This document shows positions 58,801-64,000 of a DNA stretch of 64,000 bases, in pieces (within the stretch, counting starts at the first letter, position 1; every line of letters starts with the position of its first letter). The position numbers and the translations under genes were made by a program. The stretch is taken from the NCBI GenBank assembly GCA_017406465.1, contig JAFQYM010000013.1:490-64489 (forward strand), in the 5' to 3' direction. The notes under the pieces are model-generated. The model saw only the letters and a list, made by a program, of their open reading frames with translations. It was not told where the DNA came from and searched no databases. This DNA comes from Kiritimatiellia bacterium (GTDB lineage Bacteria; Verrucomicrobiota; Kiritimatiellia; RFP12; UBA1067).

Positions 58801-61800
58801 TCGGCCACGTCCCGACGGCCGAGGAGAACGTGGTAATCCCGGACGGCAAGGGTACGATCAAGATAACGAACGCGGGGAAATGCGCCTCGCTGTGGATCGC
58901 CGCGAACAATAGCCCCGGGATTCAGCTTCTCGGCTCGGGGACGCCGCAGGACGATCAGATCCGCCTCGACGTGCGCGGCAACGCCATCACGATGGCGAGC
59001 GTCACCCTCGGAGAGAGCGCGAACCACAACTACAACGTCCTCTTCAACGTCGGCGGCGACCTCTGCGTTTCAAACACGAGCAAGAACGCCACCTTCACAA
59101 TCTACGCCGGCGACGCATACGGGACGAACTCCAACGCCGCAATCATCGGCGGCTACACCGGTTCTGAGCGCCAGGGCGAATACTGGCGCGGCGGAGCGCA
59201 GGTGAACGTGGGAGGCACGCTCTTCCTCGGCGGCTCGCACAAATCGAACACGAGCACGCTCCAACTCCATTCGCACTACAAGACCGGTCTGTCGCCAGTA
59301 TTCCGCGTAGGCTCGCTCGAGATTGGCGCGCGCGGCGCGGTCGACGGCTACCAGAACGGCTGGCGCTCCTACAACGGGATTGGACTCTTCGGCCTCGGCT
59401 CGGCCCGCAAGAACGGCGGCGGCGCCTCATACGGCGGCACGGGCGGCAGCGCCTCGGAGTTCGACGTACATGCGCCGGGTCTCATCCACGGCTTCAACTA
59501 CGCGCCGATTTGGCCCGGCTCGGCTGGCGGCATCGGCGGCAGCGACGGCGGGCACGGCGGTTCGCTCTTCCGCGTCCATGCGTCCGGCGCGGTCAGGATC
59601 GACGGCACCGTGAATGTGAACGGTAGGCACTGGGGGACTAACACCACCCGCGGCGGCGGTTCGGGCGGCGGCGTCTGGATTACGTGCGACACCTTCGAGG
59701 CCGGAGACGGCGCATCGATATCCGCCAAGGGCGGCAACCACAGCGAATCGGGCGGCGCGACGGGAGGCGGCGGGCGCATCGCAGTTGCGGCGGGATGCAC
59801 GGCGGACGCCGACATCGCCTCCTTCTTCCAGACCGGCGAATGTTCCGGCTACATCGGCACGGAATTCGCATCGACGCTCTGGCCGACGCTTGCTAACGTC
59901 TCAGGCGGCGTCAACACCGCCTTTGGCGCGCACTACGACTGGAACGACGGCGCGCCCGGCACGGCCCTCTACCTCCAGAACGCCAACGGCAAATCCGTCC
60001 TCACCGTCGCGGGTTCGCCCGTCGCGTTCGGCGAGGCCGCGCCCGAATACGTCACGCACATTGTCGACACCGGCGACGTTGTCTGCGAAAACAGCGCCTA
60101 CGGCTACGTGCCCGGCACCTCCGGCAGCTCGCGCTACATCGCCGACGGCTATGTGTGGACCAACGCCGTGACGCACGGCGCGGGAACCGGGACTTCCGTC
60201 ACCGTTCCCGCGCAGGGCGACACCACGCTCGTCTGGCTCTGGCGCGACTTGGAGCACAACCTCGTCGCGACTTCAGGCGGCTACGGGACGGTCTCCGCGC
60301 ATGGCGACTGGATCGCCGACGGCGAGACGGTCACGCTCGCGGCGACGCCCGATGCAGGCGCGACATTCGTGCGCTGGATCGGCGACATCGACGCCGCCGA
60401 CGCGGCGAACGCGGAGATCACCTTCGCGATGACCTCCCCGCGCAGGCTCGTCGCGGTCTTCGACAAGCCATCCGCCGCGCCGCGCTCCCTGACTTACTCC
60501 GGCGGCGACTGGTTCGACCCCGCGACCTGGGACGGCACGGCCATTCCCGGCACGAACGATGCGGTCTCCGTCACCTCCGCGCTGTCGTTCCCATTCGGCT
60601 CGACGATTGATGTCGGCTCGCTCCACCTCTCCGGTGCGCCGGCTCTGATCGCCCCCGTCCAGGGCGCGCGAAATGCCGAGGCGCCGTTCGGCTACGATGC
60701 GCCGCTCGTGTTGCACGTGCACGGCGACATGGCCATCGACGGCGCTTCAACCGTTGATATCGGCGAGCTCGACGGCGTGATCCGCACCGACATCGTCGTC
60801 GACGGCAACCTGACAATCGCGGGGACGGCGGTCGTCCACGCCTACGCGAGCGTCGGCGAGGCCGACGACGCCCTCCGCACCTGGCGCCACTACAAGGCCG
60901 GCGGCGCCTCCGTCTCCGTCGGCGGCGACATCAATGTCGAGGGCTCGGCCAAGGTCTTCAGCCACTGCCACGGGCGCAGCGGCGTGGGCGTTGTCTGGCA
61001 CGCGGACGGCGACTTTACTTTAGGCACGTCGGCGCAGTTCAACGGCTCGGAATTCTCCAGCTACGACAAAAACCGCGGAAATACAACACGCGCCTATGGT
61101 TACGGCTGGCGCTGGCCGAACGGAATCAATGTCATCTCATACGGCACGGGAAGCCATGGCGGCGCGGGCGGCAATCGTGAGGCGGACACCGTTTACGGCT
61201 ACGCCTACGCGCCCTTCCTTCCCGGTTCGCCCGGCAACGGCAAAAAGAACGAAAGGAAGGGCGAGGGCGGCGGCACGGTTCGCATCGACGCTGGCGGCGC
61301 CGTGGCATTGAACGGCAAGATCTACGTCACAGGCGGCAACAACGACGGCAGCGGAAACAACGCCGGGGCCGGCGGCGGCGTCTGGATCACGTGCGACACC
61401 TTTGCGGCCGGCTCCTCGGCCATAATCGACGCATGCGGCGGCTGCTCCACGCAGCACGGCTCCTGCGGCGGCGGCGGCGGCGGACGCGTCTGCATCATTA
61501 CCGGGTCGCTTTCCGAAGAGCAGATAGACTCGCTCTACGCGACAGGCGTGGCCGAGGATGTTCTCGTCGTCGCGGAGGATATGGGCGACGAACTTGTCTC
61601 GCCATGGCCGACGCTCGTCGACGTGCGTGGCGGCATCAACGAAGAAAATGCCGCCAACACCTCGTATTCGAACCACGGCAAGCCTGGCACCGCCGTCTAC
61701 CTTCAGAACGCCGCCGGCAAGGCCGTCGTCACCGTGACGGGCAACCAGGACACGACGGAGACGGTCCCCGCCTACGGGCAGAGCACCGTGGAGACGGGCG

Positions 61801-63485
61801 TTCAGACCTTTTCGGCACCTGCCTTCATCTACCGCAACGACGGGCGTTCGCGCTATCCGTGCGTCGGCTACGAGTGGGAGGACGCCGCCGGCAACACCGG
61901 CTCGGGCGCCACGACCAGCTTCACGCTCGATGTCCGCCGCGATCTGACCGTCACCTGGCATTGGGGAACGCTCGAGCACTTCCTAGACGTCCGCGACGGC
62001 GGTCTCTGCACCGTTTCCTACGCGGCACAGGGCGACAACGCCCCCGGCTGGTACGACGAAGGGACGGTCGTGCGCGTGACGTGTGCGCCGGCAGACGCCG
62101 ACACGACGTTCGACGCCTGGCTCGGCGACGTTGCCATCGCCGACAAGGCGAAAGCCTCTATCGACATAACCGTCGACCGGCCGAAGGTCATCGTCGCGAC
62201 GCTCCACCGCGACGCCGCGCGCGCCCGTTCCCTCGTCTGGACCGGCGAGGCTGGCGACGCCGACTGGTTCAACAAGGTGAACTGGGACGGACTCGCCATC
62301 CCCGGCAGGTACGACGCCGTCCTCGTCACGAACGGCGCCTTCCAGGCGCGGTATCCGGCGGAAATCGAAGTCGCGTCGCTTGCCGTGACGAACGCGACGG
62401 GCTTCCTCTTCTGCAAGACGAACACCGCGACGTTCGCGCAGATCGACGCCTACACGACGGCGATCGACGACTTCGACCCGCGCCCGTCGGCGCTTAGCGT
62501 CGCCGGTGACTTCAGCGCCGGCGGCCTTGCGCGCATTTACTGCGGCGGTATCGAGCAGGCCTTCCGGGTCGATGTCTCCGTCGGCGGCAACGCGACGCTG
62601 GGCGGCGGCACGAAGAGCAGCAATCGCTCCCGCCTCCAGATCTACGCGATGGACATGGGCGCATGGGACAACCTCGACAACTACCGTGTTGGCGGCGGCT
62701 CGCTGACGGTCGGCGGGACGTTCGCGCTCGAAGGCTTCGCGCAGTTCACGCCGGCCGGATGCCGCAAGTCGGGCGCGGTCGTCCCCGTCAAGGCGGCAAG
62801 GGTCGTGATCGGGCAGAACGCCGAAATCAACGCGAGTTGCCGCGGTTTCGGCCGCAGCTTCTCCAATCCTGGCACTGGCTGGCGGAAGACCCTCTACGGC
62901 TACGCGACATCCGGGAGCAACAACTTCGGCGGCACCTACGGCGGACAGGGCGGATACAACGACACAGAGTCCTTCGGCTACATCGCGGCGCCGTTCTATC
63001 CCGGTTCGACCGGCAACACGGGCGCCTCCAACACGGGCGAAATCTTCTCCGGCGGCGGCGCAGTCCGCATCGACGCGCACGAGATCGTCTTGGACGGAAA
63101 GATTCTCGCGAACGCGCACGGCGGCTATATGGTCGGCGGCGGCTCGGGCGGCGGCGTCTGGCTGACATGCAGGGAATTCTCTCTCGGCGGGAACGCGATG
63201 ATCGAGGCTTGGCACTCCGACGGCAGCAGTTACGGCGGAACAGGCGGCGGCGGCGGCGGACGCATCGCCATCGGCGTCAACTTCAGCGAACGCAAGCTCC
63301 AGCGGATGTATTCAAGCGGAAGCCTACGCGGCATGGTCGTGACGCCTCTTTCCGAAATCGCAGAATGGGAAGGGCATTTCAACGTCAGCGCCGGCAAGGG
63401 CCCCGGCGACGGGCGCGACGGAACAGCCGGAACGGCCGTGCTTGTCGTGTCGCCACCGCCGGAAACGGTTTTTACATTGCGCTAA
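55803..63485 (+). CDS. Giant (~2560 aa) Gly-rich secreted surface protein
   Basis: Signal peptide; YTWTG..W..PANW modules; three ..PGS.G..GGG.VRI..GGG(S/A)GGGVW(I/L)TC..GGGGRI modules separated by F..W.GD repeat domains; C-terminus PPPETVFTLR. Confidence 0.88.
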   Translation: MQHNLNLRFIVERFAVLSITALTSMSLFATDYTWTGVGDDNGWRTPANWGQTTKYPQGGDRAIFPAGCTAEVKIGAVENYDAVAQLRVLAGANVRFYAADPSAETRLDLKNSWEFNYENIAVTFDHVRVDGYKKLELGTGATLSAINGSDLRLGDFVAKNAAGVSLLSGSVLSCKYLDGRSSVNTVYTLDNATLTDSGTFDFQNTGSLTLSNGARMSVNVFQVTGDTVLTLDDSTFVVNDNFFCGMATPGGGRIVFKGAHPLFSMANGGAEFKTQNNSASYTGHFDFDFIVPEGGFAEAPVHHIGQQSFRSTGNNPTDYIRFNVLPSSPALSAGTQTVCPLFLSIQNGIVRSKLSNGDTATATFRFTDLSGATEATDDWGAKALYATIGSGAAAPAPSAAGSLSPLRTTSVNRRRITATGAVGAIATNGDTTHIELWAGEANNAATMAHVASLAPESAPANFSAEFTAPENIGEKKYYFQWRLFDIGEGGVTNRTESTPIFDATTKDTTIYTWTGAGDDNKWSNPANWTDDQGGDCIGYPQSADAKARFRKSATVDIDLYKTIASLDLAVADCDIVFTSSDTGAYRLTLNDLKMPLEGTTWTIDHAYVYRTADLTPAADSKVVVKNGGTFYMNSLQLYNSGSVFEIGDGGTNNINYLRIGSGSLVISNGYVNARQAIYVGSSTKGGSLLFKGTHPRLHSSLKDAYFTTDLASPEAILGFEVPEGGYESAVITCNSDKTRTFFSDSKSQGVTIKILETSGAFSGASATVSPLVNWPKGFTTANMVYAPIPSAGSAFAVENTTQLNVTINPYEREEGRLTVVSAHGAPSPAAGEHEGYAAGVEYPLSSGGIVVSGGVRHVPAGYNIFTVDGLTGERTPAGSGTEDSIEYEFPGGWVEIEWLWETENATTAGASEHGTVQIADGWAGEYGYATATAVPDEGWRFSFWSGDVTDVAILENPAKVPGNRPRTLVANFVPEDTEIVENRYTGANNGSWNTDSNWSLGHVPTAEENVVIPDGKGTIKITNAGKCASLWIAANNSPGIQLLGSGTPQDDQIRLDVRGNAITMASVTLGESANHNYNVLFNVGGDLCVSNTSKNATFTIYAGDAYGTNSNAAIIGGYTGSERQGEYWRGGAQVNVGGTLFLGGSHKSNTSTLQLHSHYKTGLSPVFRVGSLEIGARGAVDGYQNGWRSYNGIGLFGLGSARKNGGGASYGGTGGSASEFDVHAPGLIHGFNYAPIWPGSAGGIGGSDGGHGGSLFRVHASGAVRIDGTVNVNGRHWGTNTTRGGGSGGGVWITCDTFEAGDGASISAKGGNHSESGGATGGGGRIAVAAGCTADADIASFFQTGECSGYIGTEFASTLWPTLANVSGGVNTAFGAHYDWNDGAPGTALYLQNANGKSVLTVAGSPVAFGEAAPEYVTHIVDTGDVVCENSAYGYVPGTSGSSRYIADGYVWTNAVTHGAGTGTSVTVPAQGDTTLVWLWRDLEHNLVATSGGYGTVSAHGDWIADGETVTLAATPDAGATFVRWIGDIDAADAANAEITFAMTSPRRLVAVFDKPSAAPRSLTYSGGDWFDPATWDGTAIPGTNDAVSVTSALSFPFGSTIDVGSLHLSGAPALIAPVQGARNAEAPFGYDAPLVLHVHGDMAIDGASTVDIGELDGVIRTDIVVDGNLTIAGTAVVHAYASVGEADDALRTWRHYKAGGASVSVGGDINVEGSAKVFSHCHGRSGVGVVWHADGDFTLGTSAQFNGSEFSSYDKNRGNTTRAYGYGWRWPNGINVISYGTGSHGGAGGNREADTVYGYAYAPFLPGSPGNGKKNERKGEGGGTVRIDAGGAVALNGKIYVTGGNNDGSGNNAGAGGGVWITCDTFAAGSSAIIDACGGCSTQHGSCGGGGGGRVCIITGSLSEEQIDSLYATGVAEDVLVVAEDMGDELVSPWPTLVDVRGGINEENAANTSYSNHGKPGTAVYLQNAAGKAVVTVTGNQDTTETVPAYGQSTVETGVQTFSAPAFIYRNDGRSRYPCVGYEWEDAAGNTGSGATTSFTLDVRRDLTVTWHWGTLEHFLDVRDGGLCTVSYAAQGDNAPGWYDEGTVVRVTCAPADADTTFDAWLGDVAIADKAKASIDITVDRPKVIVATLHRDAARARSLVWTGEAGDADWFNKVNWDGLAIPGRYDAVLVTNGAFQARYPAEIEVASLAVTNATGFLFCKTNTATFAQIDAYTTAIDDFDPRPSALSVAGDFSAGGLARIYCGGIEQAFRVDVSVGGNATLGGGTKSSNRSRLQIYAMDMGAWDNLDNYRVGGGSLTVGGTFALEGFAQFTPAGCRKSGAVVPVKAARVVIGQNAEINASCRGFGRSFSNPGTGWRKTLYGYATSGSNNFGGTYGGQGGYNDTESFGYIAAPFYPGSTGNTGASNTGEIFSGGGAVRIDAHEIVLDGKILANAHGGYMVGGGSGGGVWLTCREFSLGGNAMIEAWHSDGSSYGGTGGGGGGRIAIGVNFSERKLQRMYSSGSLRGMVVTPLSEIAEWEGHFNVSAGKGPGDGRDGTAGTAVLVVSPPPETVFTLR

Positions 63486-63609
63486 CATCCGCACTCCGGG
63501 GTGAAAAGGGATGTCGGTTGTCGGCTGCCGAATGTCGTTTTAGCCGCAAAGGACACAAAGTTTTTGGACAGAATTGACAGGATTTGTTTTTTAGCCACAA
63601 AGGGCGCAA

Positions 63610-63655
63610 AGGGTCGCAAAGGTTCGGCAGCCCAAAGTAAAATTGGGGAACCTCC
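63610..63655 (+). repeat. 46-bp direct repeat, copy 2
   Basis: Identical to 55662-55707. Confidence 0.95.
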
Positions 63656-64000
63656 CAGACGGTCGCGCTCTACGACGTGCACGACTGCGGTCTTGTCGCC
63701 TCTGGCGACATTGTCGTGAACGGCACGCTCGTCGCGGGTCGCGCCGATTCGCTCGCCGATGCGCGAATCGCCGCAGGCGGGACGTTCACCATAGGCGAAG
63801 GCGCGAACGTGACAATCTACGGCGGATTCAACGACGCGATCATCAACGCGACGACGTCGCCGTCGCTCTGGCGCGACTACGGCGCAGTCGCCTCCGCCGG
63901 CGGCGCGATGACCGTGAACGGCAGCCTCGCGCTCAACGGCGAACGCCTTTCCGGCTCGCCGGTCAAGGTCGCCGCGAAGTCGCTTTACATCGGCGCGGCG
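63656..64000 (+). pseudogene. 5'-truncated fragment of a paralog of the Gly-rich surface protein (runs off the window)
   Basis: Open frame QTVALYDVHDCGLVASGDIVVNG...TIYGG...SGSPVKVAAKSLYIGAA resembles internal modules of 55803..63485; in-frame TAA at 63638; no signal peptide. Confidence 0.65.

Noticed and set aside
63479-63520. attC-like site at the end of the giant gene (GCTAAC...)
   Set aside because: Only a short imperfect hairpin; no matching GTTRRRY and L boxes
55662-63655. CRISPR array or composite transposon interpretation of the 46-bp repeats
   Set aside because: Only two copies 7.9 kb apart; no spacers, cas genes or transposase

Overview
GC-rich bacterial chromosome segment. The gene families, giant secreted repeat proteins and intergenic repeat types suggest a PVC-superphylum anaerobe such as Kiritimatiellia (inference). 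From left to right: (1) secreted carbohydrate-related genes (FGE-sulfatase-domain protein, DUF4838-like protein), a GntR/LacI-type regulator and a GPH-family MFS sugar transporter whose transmembrane blocks appear to be in a permuted order; (2) a 12.4-kb gene for a giant modular surface protein; (3) galM followed by a ~22-kb LPS/surface-polysaccharide locus (GT4, GT2, GT32, LpxL, MsbA, pyruvyltransferase, RgpF, DUF1796 proteins) with unusual fusions (acyltransferase-ACP-adenylation enzyme; NDK-like/NTase/kinase); (4) housekeeping genes rsfS, acpP, an aminotransferase and ispE; (5) a stand-alone V-type ATPase subunit B gene coupled to a Tat sulfatase; (6) a CE15-GH106 fusion and a GH116 gene; (7) a highly structured intergenic element, then a 7.7-kb Gly-rich surface-protein gene flanked by a perfect 46-bp direct repeat, the second copy abutting a headless paralog fragment. 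I saw no rRNA, tRNA, CRISPR array, transposase or integrase. All family calls come from motif recognition, not database searches.
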